Below, in pieces: positions 26,935-42,164 of a stretch of 64,000 nucleotides of DNA. The DNA is from Chrysomallon squamiferum. Lineage: Eukaryota; Animalia; Mollusca. The notes beneath the pieces were generated by a model. It was not told where the DNA came from. It did no database searches and was given only the letters and a program-made list of their open reading frames with translations. Position numbers and translations under genes: made by a program. The stretch is taken from the NCBI GenBank assembly GCA_012295275.1, contig CM022673.1, positions 16,244,001 through 16,308,000 on the forward strand, read 5' to 3'. How positions within the stretch are numbered: position 1 is the first letter of the stretch; each line of letters begins with the position of its first letter.

Positions 26935-29259
26935 TAATTTTATATTTTTTATTTACTTTTTTATTCATTTTTGGTTTCTGTTGTTTTTAGTAATATTATT
27001 TTAGAATACAAGATCAGAAAAGGATCAAACAATGAAATAAATTATTTTTTAAAAATCCAAATGTTTGAAGAACTATTTATTGTTTCAGATTTACAAGCAT
27101 TAAAAAAAAAAAAATGTTGTTAATGAAATAGTCCTTTTCAATTTATGACAAATTAAAACTTCGTTATTTTTTTTGGTTTGCTTATATTCATATTTATGGA
27201 ATAAACAATATTTGGTAATAGTAATACAACATGAAAATATTTTAAATTATATAGCAAACAGATTAAGCAATATTATTTAGTGCATTATTACTGTATGAAT
27301 ATAAGCATTGCAGAAAATTTAAAATGCCATTATTTAAAGATTTAATAAGGTAAAAAATGTTATTAAAAAATTGTATCTATTGACAAGACTATCAACAACT
27401 ATAACAACATTATTCCTTTATATTCATACTATTGAAACCATTTCAAAGTGACATCAAAATAGTATTACAAAGTGCTACTAAAATGGTTCTGTTTTCAGTC
27501 TCATTAAAATTTTCATATTATACAAATATCATGTCCTCATAATTTATTCACCACTGGATAAAAAAACAACTGATAATGTGTTTAAAAATATGCAATGCAG
27601 CAACTGTAGAACAACACATAAATATCGTCTAGTAACTGCATGTGTGTGTATTTATACAAGTGTATCTGGGTATGCGTGTGTTCATGCACATATATATATA
27701 TTTTTAATGAAGTAGAAAAAATAATAAAAGGGAAACTACACCTAGTTTTGAATTCTAACACTCTGACCATTAAAAGAAAAAGCAGTTGTCTATGTCTCTT
27801 ATCCTCAGACAGTGAAATAGGAAGTTTAATATACATTTAATCATTCACTTTTCTACATATTTATGTAGTTGTAACAGATGGCCAGACATTCTTCCAGGTT
27901 ATGGGTCAATCAATAAAGCCTATTGGACCAATTCTTGTAGTATTGAATGTAAACAGATTTTTACTATATACTCTAGTGTTCTATACAAATTTCTATCAGT
28001 CTAAAAATGGTGCACGTGTGTAAAGTAAAATTTTTATATTGAAATTTACAACAAACGTTTTAGCTATCAAAAATAACCAATTCAAATGTTCTCATTATCG
28101 TTCAAAGTATTATTTTTTTCTCTATCAAAAATTGTTAAGTTTATGTATGTTTTTAATTTATTAGTGAATGAAAAAATAATACTGCCTGAAATGTTCTGCA
28201 AATTTCCATGTTCTGCAAAAAAACAATTTACCTACAGCATACTCATTTTTGGGGGTCAAATACTAACTCTATTAATTGCAAAAAGTGGCCACCAGTAGTA
28301 AAAAAATAAAATATTTTAAAAATGTATTTATTGCATTAAATGTTAATAAAATATTTTCACAGCACCAAAGGTAACTTTATATTGATTACCAAATATATAC
28401 TTCAACACTAAATTCTAATCAATAACAAAATTTCAAAATACCCTGGGATTTGTTAATTATTCATCTTTTTCCAAGTTATTATTATTTTAAATCACTGGGC
28501 AAGGAAGAAAATAATAATTTTAAAACAATTTGGTGTTGTTGTTTTTTTCCTGTAATGACAAAACACTAGACTATTCTGATTATTTGAGTTTATTTGTGCA
28601 TATAGTGGTTCTTATTCAAACTTTCACTTTTATTATTTAAAAAAAAAAAAAATTTTTATATTAATAAATCTAAATTTATATTAGAGAAAAAGGTGCAAAT
28701 TTAATACACTTATACATATAGAATGTGCACAAACAACAATATAAGTTGTTTCTATCCTGTTGTTAGTTTTATTTTATTTGCATGAAGCATAAACACAAGC
28801 TTTTTAAAATACTTACTGTTTTATTCAAACACAATCAAAAACTTAAAACTGAAAAAAATAGCATAAAATGCTACTAAAAAAGTAATAAATCATAATGTAA
28901 CATTTATATAACTTCTAACATATGCTACTAAACAAATGAGCACTAAGCTTCATTTTGTTAATCCCACACTCACAATCTTACCTTTTTAAATATTTTAGTA
29001 AAGCTACCAGAAAGGCCTATGGGGTGCTCAGTATTAGTATTTAATTTTATTATTTATTTATTTGGTAAAATAAGGTTCTTGACAAAACATGTGGAGCCAA
29101 CATTTCCAGCGTTTGTTTGCAAAAAGGTGGTACAAAAACAATTTTTGGGGGACAGATACTATCCTTTGGTAGACAGTGCTATTAGTAGTAGTACCATGTC
29201 CATTATATTAATAGTTAATACAGTAACTGTAATGTATTAATATTATAATATACATAGTA

Positions 29260-32010
29260 ACACACGGTCGTTAGTCACTTAGTGGTGTTTATACTTCAAG
29301 TTCATGGTGTTATCATACCTATTAATGAATTTGACTAGTATTAAGTGATCCTTTTCTGACTAATTCTAAGCATATAATAAGCAGCCAAATCTACAGGCAC
29401 CGAGAGACAGGCTGTTACGTTATATTTGTTGTAGATCAAAAAGATTGGGCAATTTAGCCTTTTACTTAGGATAATCATTAGCGCCTTCTGCCATATGAAG
29501 TGTACCTAAAATATCCAAAATACATCACTAACGCAGTAAAATAAATAAAATGCTTGAACAATAAGAATTATAAATAATTTTTGTTTGTAAAATCTAAATG
29601 AAACATGCAAATCAATGTTATACCCATCAATATTGATACTGCGCTGAACAGTTATTCAGTTTTCAGCCATATTTATGTCCAACCCACACAATGATAGACT
29701 GGTTCGTTACGCTGCGAAGCTTCAGATAGAAGGTAACAAACAACAACCTAGATGTTGTCTAGAAAACGTATTAAATAAAGCATCAGTCGAAAGAAATATG
29801 AACAAAATAAATTTTAATATTGTTAAAAGGCTACATTAAGAAAAATATAGGTGAATAACACCATCAATATTACATTATTTATGAATAATTTAAAAATATT
29901 AATAAACCTTAACTTAATCAAAGCGTCATCGATTGGTTTGTCCTAACAGATTAAATGAAATTTTTAGATGCAGTTAATTTAATTTCTAAAGATAATTTTT
30001 GTAATTAAAATGAAATTAAAAGATAATGAAAAGACATTTTGGGAATACATTTTTAAGAATGCATAAAGGTAATTTTTAAACTATTTATTGGGTAAAATTT
30101 TGCTTCGTTTAACAGCACAATTGTATTTTTCATTTCATATACTATATAAAGTAATATAATTATATGTGGGTATAGAAAGTTAAATTGTGCAAGTGAGTGT
30201 ACACTGAAAAAATACATATTTGCTAAACACATATAAAAGTTATGGTTACATGTTTTGGAAAAATACCTACAGATCTTTCTAGATTAATAGGAGGCAACGT
30301 GTCTTTCGGATTCAATTAAAAGCATTTGACAAAGCCGAAATAATTACTTACTGTGTGCTTCATCGGAATCTACACTGGGAACATTACAATCCTCAATATG
30401 CAACATAATAGTAGAAAGATAAACTTATCAGCCTATACGTTTCTTATAATTATGAAAAGACCTTAAAGCAGTTCCATACCTGATTGCAATTAAATGTTGG
30501 TCATTGCTTTGGATTTAATTTTTGATGTTTTGACCTGTGAACGATTGATATTTATGTTCAAAATCAGTATGAAAATACAGTTACACAAAACAAAATGCAG
30601 CATGAATCTTCTGTCAAAATATAAATTCTGTGTCAAAATGGAAATACAAACGCTATTAATCTTGGCTTTCTATGGGCATTTTGTTTAGAAAATGTCAGCA
30701 TCAGGAGTTTTAAGCTAGAGGACTTTGGATTTTATCCTCAGATATTTTCTTCGATTCGTTGGCAGGATAAATATTGTAAAGATGAAACATATTGAACACT
30801 ATAACCTTTAATAATACCGTTTATAATCACTGTACAATATAATTAAGTAATTACAACAACAACCAAACAACTAAATCAATCAAACAATCAATCAATAAAA
30901 AAAAATATTTAAAAAAAAAAAAAAAAAAAAAAGATGTGTTGGAGATTTTAATCTTATTGGTTAGGTTTGATCTGCTTTAACAATTTATAATAAACATTAT
31001 ACATTGCCTTCAGCTATAGGTTTAAAAGGGGGAAAAAAATAAAAATAATAATAATAATTGATATATATTAAACCCGTTATGCACAATATATCTTTCATAA
31101 TTTCCTAACTATTCATTTAGTTCTAGTTCCATTGTCTATCCATGGCTTTACGTGTGTGTGTGTGGGTGGTGTCTTGTTTTTTTGTTTTTTTTTTTCTTTT
31201 CTTCTTTATTTCGTTTTTTTTCTATCATGTGAGTCAGGAGTATGTAAATGATCCTTTACTACCACTGTAATTATACAATTATAGATAATGCATAAACATT
31301 AAAGATCAAGAGAAATGAAATATATGACGGACGTAATAAATATTATTATTAAAATAATAGTATTGTTAAAGATTGATTAATAAGTTTGTCTCTATCAGCA
31401 TAAATATTACTATTAATTTCATAATTAGATTTATATTTAAGATTATGTCAATTACATAGTTACTTAACTATAACAGATGTAACTTCTATATTATCAATAA
31501 GTTATTGAGTATGTCTGCTCTATCGAATTATATGTTCTTATATCTTAATTAAAATATATATTATTTTTTAAACAGATTCTGCTTATTTTAAGCTTAATTA
31601 ATAATAATACGATGTCGTTAATATTATTCGTTGATTTAATCTGTTTCTTGAAAGTCGGCTAAACCAAGCGATAAATTAATTCTTCTTTCATCCACAGGTC
31701 GTACATGTTGCTATTTCAAGCAGACGTAAACATACGACTAAAATGGCCGCTTCCTCTCCATTTCAGATGTTTTTCGCAAGGGATAAGGTAATATTCCGAG
31801 CTGTTTTGAAAATATGGACTATCTTATACATATTATTAAAATTATCAGGACAAATGTTATGAAAATAACAGAGCTTCGCCTTTTCTTTTAGCGGTGTTTA
31901 AAGTAATTGTATCAAAAAGTTAAGTGGAATTAAAAACCTATGTGACTCACTTTTCTTCCTGTTTTGCGAACTTTAATGTGGGCTTGTCTATTTTTTCAAA
32001 AATTACGTTT
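29260..32010. promoter_or_regulatory. CpG-retaining divergent promoter region between RUNDC1 (-) and MOB3 (+)
   Basis: CpG dinucleotides are visibly more frequent than in the flanking gene bodies (by eye, not computed). Genes are head-to-head. A YY1 motif AAAATGGCCGC overlaps the MOB3 ATG. Confidence 0.55.
29623..29720 (-). promoter_or_regulatory. Candidate non-coding first exon/core promoter of RUNDC1
   Basis: The first coding exon has an acceptor at 26219-26220 just upstream of the ATG, so an upstream exon is expected. Here the minus strand has a YY1-like aatatggctg, a uORF ATG GCT GAA AAC TGA, a donor-like GG|GTATAA and local CpG enrichment. Confidence 0.4.
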
Positions 32011-35000
32011 TATATTATCGATAAAGTATTTTTATGTTTCATTCATTTTCTAGAGTACAAAATATTTTACATTTTATCCAAAAAATCTTCATGTAGATTT
32101 TTTTATTTTAATTTATATAATTATAAATAAAATAATTATTTTTGTTCTTTGTTAAGTTTGAACTTGAATTTGAAACAATGAAAGGACATTAAAATGTTTT
32201 AGCTATATGTAGGAACTTTATAATTATTCTTAATTAAATATTACAAATAGAACAAAGAGTTAAAAAATGTATTTATATTTATTTTAAAAATGCATTATTA
32301 TTTAATTTGTTTCCCCTAATTTTCCAGGTTTTTCGACCACATAAAAGCTTTAATAGTATTTTTTTTTTTTTTTATTTAATTTGTTTTTAAAAGTGTGCAG
32401 CATTTACTAAATGATTTAGGAACTGATATTTTAATTGATCTATTGACAACAAGTGACATGTTACATGTAAATTTTAATTTTTATATTATTTCGTAAGATT
32501 TTTATTTTAAAAGTAATTATTTTAGTTTTTATTATATTTAGAAATAAACAATAGGGAAATATTAAAACAAAACCTGTGTAAATAATAATAATAGATTAGA
32601 AAATATGTGTCAAAAAATCATTAACTATTTACATTTTATTTGTTTTCTGAAAATTGTTTTATTTTATGTAATAGGTGCATATTATTAATTAATTGATTAT
32701 CATATATGATACATATTATATTACAGACATATCTTTGAAGTTTTCTTGATAATTCTTTCATCTGAAAATTTGAATATGTACATTAATTGAAGGATAATTA
32801 AATTTAAAAATAATAAAATAAAATACATGCAGAATTAAATAAGTGAGGATTAGGATTTTACATGACCCTGTAGAAAATAAATGTTACTTATTTCTGCTCT
32901 GAAATTTCAAACCACTTTATTTGTAAAGATCCCCTGCATTTATTTCTAAATCAAATTTTATAAAAGGAGGAAAAAATTGACATAAATCATTTTACTTATT
33001 ATTCCAAATTCTGCCACACCCAGACTTTTCGACCACGTAAAAGCTTTAAACAAGGAACGCTGAAGTATCAGCTGCACCTACAGGCAAATGCTTCTCTCAA
33101 TGCTGGTTTAGATCTGAAAGAAGTCGTCAAGCTACCTCCAGGTGAAGAAATTCATGATTGGCTAGCTGTACATGGTACGTATTGTATTACAGATTCTTTA
33201 AAATTAAAACAAGGCTGTTGAATATAAACAACTGTTTTTTAGACTGTTTTAACTTTAAAATGTTGTTATTATTTTACTTTCTGTGAAAAAAAAAATGAAA
33301 GCTTTGTAGTAACTTCATGTAATGTAATGATTGAGGGTTTTGGTGGCATTTTTTTCATTTCCTCTAAAGCAGTATAAATACATTATAAGTAAATCGTAGT
33401 ATGGTAGATTTGTTCTTTACTTGTTTTTTTATTTTATTTTATTTTATTATTTTTTATTTTATTTTATTATATAGATTAATAACTGACAGAAACTTACACA
33501 ACTAAACAATAAACCAGAACTAGTTAACTTTATAATGATAAAGAGGTTGTTTCAAATATCTTGTTTAAACATCAAAATAACAACAGTAATAATTATATAT
33601 GACCATTATTGGTTACATTTTATATTATAAATAAAATAGAACTGAATAAACAGCAGACAGAAACTGAACATAATAAAAGTTAAATAGGAAATATATTCAG
33701 ATAAATAAATTGTAAATAGGAAATGGGTGTTAATGTCAGTTTAATGTATAGTAAATCTTTTACAAAATACATGAAAAAATTGAAGTAGATTCAAGAAATA
33801 GCAAATAAAACAGAAATAAATATAACAATATATATAAAATTTATATAACCTATAAATTTGATCCATTAATGTGGAATTAAGTTGGAACATGTAGCTAATT
33901 ATCAGTAAACTGTTAAAAGTTAAATTTCTATTTTAAGCATTTGCTAAGTGGTTGGCTGTGTTCCACTGTAACCTTTTTAAGTGGATTATTTGAGTGACAG
34001 TATTTTAATTACAATAGTAGACTTTTTTTTACTGGAGGGTCTTCTTAAGCCACATTTGGTTAGAGGATCAAATCTCCTCAGTATCCTTACTGGTAGATTT
34101 TCCTTTATAACTAGTACTCGTGATTGTCTATCAGACACCTTGGTATATGTTACATATGTGTGTGTTTTTACATAATTGCTATATTTATTATATATTTTTT
34201 TAAATTCTCTAGTTATTGATATGTTTACAAATTATAAAAAATTTGTTTTGTTAGTATTTTAACTGAAATATAAAACCAAAAACTTATTGATTAAATAGGT
34301 TGAGTAAGAACTTTAAGCTAGAAATGAAATAATTAAATTGATGTTTGCTACATGTGATGTAAGTGATAGCCTTACAGCAAAATGGTTCAATTTGTGTGTT
34401 TTTATGTAATTGATTGCATGGTTAAACTGCTCAAAGAAAACCCTTACCAAACGAAACACAGGCCAATAATTTATTAAGATTTCTTTAAAACCTCACTAAT
34501 CTAAATACCATTCCACACCAAACTTTTTACTTTGTCCTCTGAAAAGTTCCACAGTGTTTGATATGAATTCCTGAAAGTATATTTTTAAATAGAAATATAA
34601 ATCACTAGATTTGTTTTATTAATATATATTTTCATGTGTTTTCTTCAGTGGTGGATTTCTTTAACAGAATCAATCTACTGTATGGCACAATTTGTGAACA
34701 CTGTACAGAACAGACATGTCCTACAATGTCAGGAGGCCCAAAGTGAGTTTTTCAACATCTAAATAATTATTTAAATTAATAAATTGTACCTTAAAAAATA
34801 ATACTGTTCTTTGTACATGTTAATTATGTCCATTTGTGGAGCTAATACATACCATTTTTTTTTTTTTTTTTTCAAATTTTAATATGAGTTTATATTATGC
34901 CTTTGTTAAGAGATTAATGAAACAGAGATGGGCAGTAAAACTGTTAACAGAATTTGTTTGTTTGTTTGTTTTTAAATTTAAAAAAAATATTATAGTTTTT

Positions 35001-36724
35001 AATTTTTAAATTTGATTGTATTTTTTAATTTTTAAATTTGATTGTATTTATTCATGTTGTTGTTATTATTATTATTATTATTATTATTTCTTGTATTATT
35101 TACAATGTACTGATACTATTATTATTATAAAATCTTCTGCTCCTTATATTTATATTAAAACTAATATTTCTATTATTAATATTAAAAATATTATCACAAT
35201 AGATATGAATATCACTGGTGTGATCATGTTCGCTATAAAAAGCCCACTGCTCTACCAGCTCCACAGTACATAGCCTTGCTCATGGAGTGGATTGAGGGAC
35301 AGATTAATGACGAGACAGTTTTCCCAGTGAAGCAAGGTGAGATCATTTTTAATTTAATATATATACTAGTATATTTTAATTGTTTTATATTTTTATATTT
35401 GTTCAAATTATTATAATTTATTTTTAATTTATTTATTTTTATTTTAAAAAAAAAAACAATTGTTCTTTTTAAAATTTTATTAATTTTCTCTTCTTTTTTT
35501 TTTTTTTTTAGAAAATTTACTTTTTATCATTATTAAAATCTAATGCTCTGTTGAATTTTATTTTGTTTCATGCTTTTTGCTTTTTCCCCCCAGGTGTTCC
35601 ATTTCCCAAAAATTATTTCAGTGTAGTGAAGAAGATTTTGACTCGTTTGTTCCGTGTGTTTGTTCATGTTTATATCCACCATTTTGACAAGCTGCTGGCT
35701 ATTGGTGCTGTAAGTAATAGAATATATTATTGAAGTTGTTCTCATGTCATCATTTAAAATAGATTAACTGTCTTTTAAATCATAATGGTCAAATGGTACA
35801 TATTTTTAAAAAATATTTTTATTGATATGAATATTAATTTTCTAAATAAAGGTAATAAAAAATATATAAGTTCTAAATAATATGAAAAAAATCTATTCAG
35901 ACTAGGTCTACCTGACAAGCTGATTACTGGCATTTCAAGGACAACATAAGTAGTTTTTTTGTTACTCAGCTTGGATATTTGTTTTCCTTCTCTGCTGTTT
36001 TCTGTTTCAACCAACAAATTATGGCTTGTTTAACTATGCTACAAATTATAATATATACTTTTAACAGTTGAGAAGATATTTATTAATAGTAACCTAAAGT
36101 ATGAGGCACTGTTATTATTAATTTATTTTCCATTCCTGTAACATAGTTAGTATTAAAATGTTCTTGTCTTTTGATTTTGCCTTTATTTATTATTAACTTT
36201 TATCTGATTATTTTATTAATTACAATTTTTTTTTCTTCTCCCCTCTAGGAAGCCCATGTAAACACCTGTTACAAGCATTTCTACTATTTTGTGTCAGAGT
36301 ACAATCTTGTAGACAAGAAGGAACTGGAACCTTTGGTAAATTTTTCTTACCTGAAGCATCATATCATAGCAGAATATCAATATAAATAGAAGAGTAGGCA
36401 ATGAAACATAAGACAAAAAAAAAGAATATTTTTGTTTGTTACTAATTATAATTCATGTCAAAACCAAATTTAATTAATTTATATGCTTTAAAAATTAAAA
36501 TAAAAGAATGTCTAGTATTGTTTTAGATCAGTAAATAAACAATCGTAAATGTAACACATCATAAGTAACAAGCAGAATAAATATTAAATACATTATAAAT
36601 AAATAAATAACTGTAAACAAATATGATTCATAACTTCACTAACCTCTGGACTGATGAAAAACCAAAATTTAAAAATAATTTATTTTTATTTCAGAGAGAC
36701 ATGACAGATCGAATATGTCACTAA
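31743..36724 (+). CDS. MOB3: MOB kinase activator 3 family protein, 7 exons, 218 aa
   Basis: Exons 31743-31787, 33024-33174, 34649-34742, 35203-35336, 35594-35709, 36249-36335, 36695-36724 (657 nt, phases consistent). Translation [134 protein letters not shown] and [10 protein letters not shown] point to MOB3 rather than MOB1. Confidence 0.96.
32305..32360 (+). other. Intronic duplicate of the MOB3 exon-2 5' end with its own strong acceptor (pseudo-exon / possible mini-exon)
   Basis: ttgtttcccctaattttccAG|gtttttcgaccacataaaagctttaata versus the real exon-2 start cccAG|acttttcgaccacgtaaaagctttaaac. The core is 23/24 identical. Confidence 0.75.
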
Positions 36725-39700
36725 CATAAACAGAAACTAGCATAAAGCCAGGTACACAAGTACCAAGATCATCACTTTTAGACCTGACAGGATAATTTCA
36801 ACATTGTGTATTGCTAAAGTTCCTCAACTCTGTTGAAAAATACAGAAATTGAGTGAGAAGTCAACATTGTGTCTTACTGTTTTGTTGTTATGTTTTGGTT
36901 ATTGCATGTCATAGGAATTCTGTCTTTGAGCAAATAAAAATTAATAATAATAAATACACAATAATTCAAGCTATATTTTCATTCTTTATTTTGTTATGTT
37001 TCATATATATTAATATTCTGTATTATCAAATTCAAATGATTGTTATAAGCAAATTTAGCATATTTTGTAGGGGTAAAACAATATTCTGGTGGTTTGATTT
37101 TTTAATATTTATATTTTGTTTTAAAATGTTTTTTTATTTTTTTTTATTTTTTTAATATTTATTGATTATATGCAAAGAATGGTTTTATTGCTGTATCATA
37201 TAAATGTTAAATGTTTATGAAAAACACTGTATTTGAAATTTACTTTTTAATGAATATCTATTCTTCAAATTACTATAATCCTTTTAAAAATATGATAAAG
37301 TACATTATTGTTTTTGTTTCATTTTGTTTGATAAAGTTGAATAACAATGTATAGTTATTTTAATTGAAATTTTTTTTTTTTTTTTTCATTTATTATTTAT
37401 TACTTGTTGTTGTTGTTATTATTATTATTATTATATTGTTATTAAAACCAGTTCATTAAATAGCCATTATTTGAATTTGAAATGGTAAAGATGGGAATGT
37501 TTATAAATGCATTTTAATCAAACTTTATAAGTTCTTTTAAAACTATTTACTTTAAAAAATTTTGTATGTAGACAGCCCCACATATTAACTCAAAAAGATA
37601 TATTTGTATTTAATATACCACTGATTTAAAGTTCTCTGAAGTTTATGAAAATAGATATATGAAATGAAATTTTTTCTTAAGATAAGAATCAGTTCTTCCT
37701 GCTTAGTGTAGGTTTATCATTGGTAACAGAAAACATTTTCTTTAACTTTTTTTGTTTCAATTTTTTCTTTTCTTTCTTCCTTTTATTTATTTATTTTATT
37801 ATTTTATTTTTCAATTTTTTCTTATATATATAAATATTTTTATTGGGGTTTTTTAACATTTTTTCAGTGTATATAATTATCTTTGTATATATGTGCACAA
37901 TATAGATTTGCATATAATAAACATTGTATACATCTTTTGGTTGCTAAAATCCTTTTCACTAATCATTTTCATATACTGGTATTCAAGACATTCATGTCTT
38001 TGATACTAACTGAATAAATATGTAGATCCAGTAGGGTTATATAAAATAAAGACTATCGTATGTTAAGTGCCAAAAATTTATATTTTTATTTTTATGTGTA
38101 GTTAAATAATATATAAGCAATCCCAGTTTTCGTCGTTGAGCCTGCTGTTGATGGTTCAATATTTCTGAGTAATTGTTTTGAATTTTTTCAGTCTGTAAAA
38201 ATAAAAACTTAAAAAAAAATTGACCACTTAATAATATATTTTCATTTTTTTTATTTTACTTATTTTCATTTTTTTATTTTATCTCAACATCTAAGTAACA
38301 TGGGATACCACTTTTTTAAGTTTGTAATAATACATCTTACTATTTTTAATTATTATTAATTTTATGGATTCTTTTTTTATTTTTGATTTTTTTTAAAATT
38401 TTTATATTCATTTCTAATAGATATGAAAAGATATAGAATCTCCTGCTACAAGTGACAGTATCTGACATAGTTACTGCTTAATACATTGTGTTGTAGAAAA
38501 ACATCTTGTCAAGTAGGTTTTTAATTCTGTAATAGTTACCATTAATCACAAACAAAAATTATGAATTTTATTGACTAATTTTTTTTTTTTTCTTTAAATT
38601 TATTTGAAGAACAATAATCTATAAATTCTTAACAAATAGTGTTGATCTAGTCAATAAACTTGATATTATAAAGTTATTACCCTTTTTTTTCGGTGATGCT
38701 GTTCAAAGAGCTTGTAATCAGATACATGAGGATTAATCATTTCCAAAAAATGTATTGTATCTTCTGAAAACATGAAACAATAGCTTCTTTATTTTTTGGA
38801 ATTTTTTTCTTCTTTTTTTTCCAGAAAAGTCAAGAATATTCTTAGCTGTTTTTGCAGATGATTATCCTAAAAGAATAAAGCTTTGTAAATGAACATAATA
38901 TAATAGCTAATACAATTTGGAGACAATTCAAGCATGTGGTAATTTATATACAAGAGTACATAAGTGGCTGTGAGATTATCATTTAATATAATTATTTTAA
39001 AGACTTTCTTCTTTTTTTTCTATTTAAAAAATTTCTCTTATTCTTCTACTTTTGTTTTCTTTCTGTTTTTTAAATTTCTTTAATAGTTAAATGTTTTATT
39101 TTTAATTGATTAATTATTTTATTGTTGTTTCAGATCATTTGATAATATAACTGATCCTTAGATCTGGTTGAATCAGATAATTTTTTTGGCAGTTTTCAAA
39201 TACCTGTTTAAATATTACTGACTAACCTATACATGCATGTCCTCTAGCAAGTAAAAGTTTATTAAAAATTTTACTCTTTTTTTTTTTTTTCTGCCTAATT
39301 TGTTGGGGTTTTTTGAGGGGCAGGTGTTTCTTTGTTTTGTTTTTTGGTATGTGTTTTTTTTTTTTTTTTTTTTGAGAAAAGGTTTTATCATGTTTCTGTA
39401 TATCATGATATTCTGTGTACACAAGAAAGAACAGAATCCAAAAATGTCCATAGATTTGTAGAATTTTTTTTTTTTTTTTTTTTTAAGGATAGACTTGTTT
39501 CAGAGAACCAGAAATAAAGCCAGTCAACCAAGAAATGTTCAATATATACTTACTGCAAAACTTTAGCAAGATGTACATGATCACTTTTAACTATCCAAAA
39601 TCCCTAATCAGAATGAAATCACAGAAAAGTGCACTTTAATATGTAATTTACAAGCTCTACATGGCTAAAACTGTAGGATTTTATTTCCACACCTGCAAAA

Positions 39701-42132
39701 TGTGACCATAAGATACCATCAATATATCCTTCATGTTCCATGCAGTTTACTAACTGCTTATCTCATCTTTATTTTTCAAATATGTTTTATTTATTCCAGC
39801 ATTATCAGCAGATATAATTTAAAAGTCTGTTGAGTTTTTTGCAAACTTAATTAATGAAAAGAGGGCATATAATATCAAGTGTTCTTGTGCCTCTGATTTG
39901 GTAAAATATATTTATTTTATTTTGTTTATTTTATTTATTTATTTATTTAATATCTTTTTAAAAAAAGCATTTACTTTTAACAATAATTTATGAAAATTTT
40001 GTCAAAACATCCTTGTATTACCTCAAAGCATTTATTAGACTCTTTAGATATTCAAAGATATTGCTTTAAAGCCTTTATTAGAAATAAAATACTAATTCAA
40101 GTGTGATGTGTTTTTGTAATAAAAAAAATAATAACGGAAAACCCCAAAGATAGAGATAATTTATTTATTTTCTGTTAATATGTAGGTGAATATTATCAAT
40201 ACTGGTATGTGTTGAAAAATATTTCTTAACAATTCATAGTTCAACTCATTCTAAAAAAAAATTTCCAAATCCACTTGTAGAATTTGATTTCGTTTTTGAA
40301 AATATTTATATTCAGAATGTGAGTTACTTCATCTATTTAACCATGTCAACCAACATCCTTAACTATATTTTCTAAACATGCTGGTTATGTTCCTTCTTTT
40401 CAAAAGTGGTTTTTGCTTAGATTTAACAGTATTTAGTTATTCTAAACTAGTGGACATGGTTCAATCATTTATTTAAAGAATAAAGTTCTGTATTTTGTGC
40501 ATATAATAATAGTGTACCTAACAGCAGCATAATGGCTGTTGTAATCTCCCTTTTGTTTTGCACATTGCACATATATATATAGATTATATATGTTTTTTAT
40601 CACATCATTCACAGTGAAAAATAATGTCTCATAAGTAGTTTGTGCCACTTTTATAAATTTCAGTTATTTCTAATAAACTTCTGAAAATTATTTTTTTTTA
40701 ATATTGAGATATATATATATATATTTTCTTTTATCATTATAATATGCTATTTGACTGATACTTAAATCAGTTTTATGCTTTTATTTTTCATTGTTTGTAA
40801 AAAAAAATTCTGCTGTTAATGGTAATATAATTAAATTTATATATATTATTACCATTTATATATGAATAATCCAACAGCTGTAAAAACGATAACCATTGTA
40901 AAATTACTACTCCTTTAAATCTAATTTTATTTTTATTTTATATAATTTTCAAGAATTACAAATTATTAGAAGAAAGCAAATATTGCACAGTAATAAATAT
41001 ATAAAATTTTATTTTTCATTTTTATGCCATACAAATGCATTTTCTGATAATTAGCTTGGCATATATTTTGAAGCAGATATCTTGTAATTATTACTATGAT
41101 AACATATCTTTTTAAATTGCTTGTATTTACATAAGTTCAGTATATTTGATAAAATATTTCACTGTTATATTTTATTAAGCAGAATGAATGTGCTAGTCTT
41201 TATAATATGCTGCCCTGTTTTTTTTAACAAGATTGTAATATGTGCTGTGTCATTGTGGTTTAAAAATAACTGTATGTATGTGTGTGTTGTTATGCATTGA
41301 AAAAACCCAAATCTAAACACACACATGCGCGTGCACACACACACACATAATATAAATACATGCTAGAATATGTTACAGTATGTTATTATTTTATTATGAT
41401 TTCACATTGATCAAATAGTGTTTTTGTAATTTGTAAAAACTATTAAAGAGAGTTGGTCTCCAATTTTATCACATTTGTGAACCTCTTTAATATCACCTAG
41501 AATTTAATGTTGTATAACAGAAGGGGATATTAATAAATAAAATAATCCATATGATTGTATTATGATTATTTTCAACTTAACTAGTCTTTAATTTTATAAA
41601 TTTATTTTTTGAATACAAATGCTTTATTTAAAAGGAACAAGCTGTCGCTCAGTGATGTAAATTTTTAGATTTAAAATTTCTCATAAGTGTTTAACTTTGG
41701 TTCAAAAATTTTTCATTAATGTTGAACAGTCATTTTTATTATAGCAACATGTCTCATTAATTGTGGTATCAAGTCATGATTGTTGCATTAGATGTATATT
41801 TTGCATATTGGCATCTTAGATCATGTTATGTTTGTTTTTCATTTAGTACATCGGTATTCATAAATCTTAATGGCTGATGTCTGAGACTTATTAATGCTGT
41901 TGACATTCATATGAAATAATGTAAAAATGACAGTACCAAATGGCTGGATTTGGATGGTTTTTTCCTCCCTGTCCCCCACCCATATCAGGTTAACCCCTTA
42001 AATCCTGAATGTTAATATAATGAAAAAGAGTCTCGAGTATGAAAGGATTAAAATACTGAAATGTTCGAACAGTGTACTTGTGTTTTACATCAGGTGACCA
42101 GTTTTTAGATGAGGTGCATAAAGTAGGTTTTT

Positions 42133-42164
<32 letters not shown>

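Noticed and set aside
41990-42050. TTAA-CCCCTT...AAGGA-TTAA piggyBac-like mini element
   Set aside because: Termini are too short and imperfect to support from a single copy.
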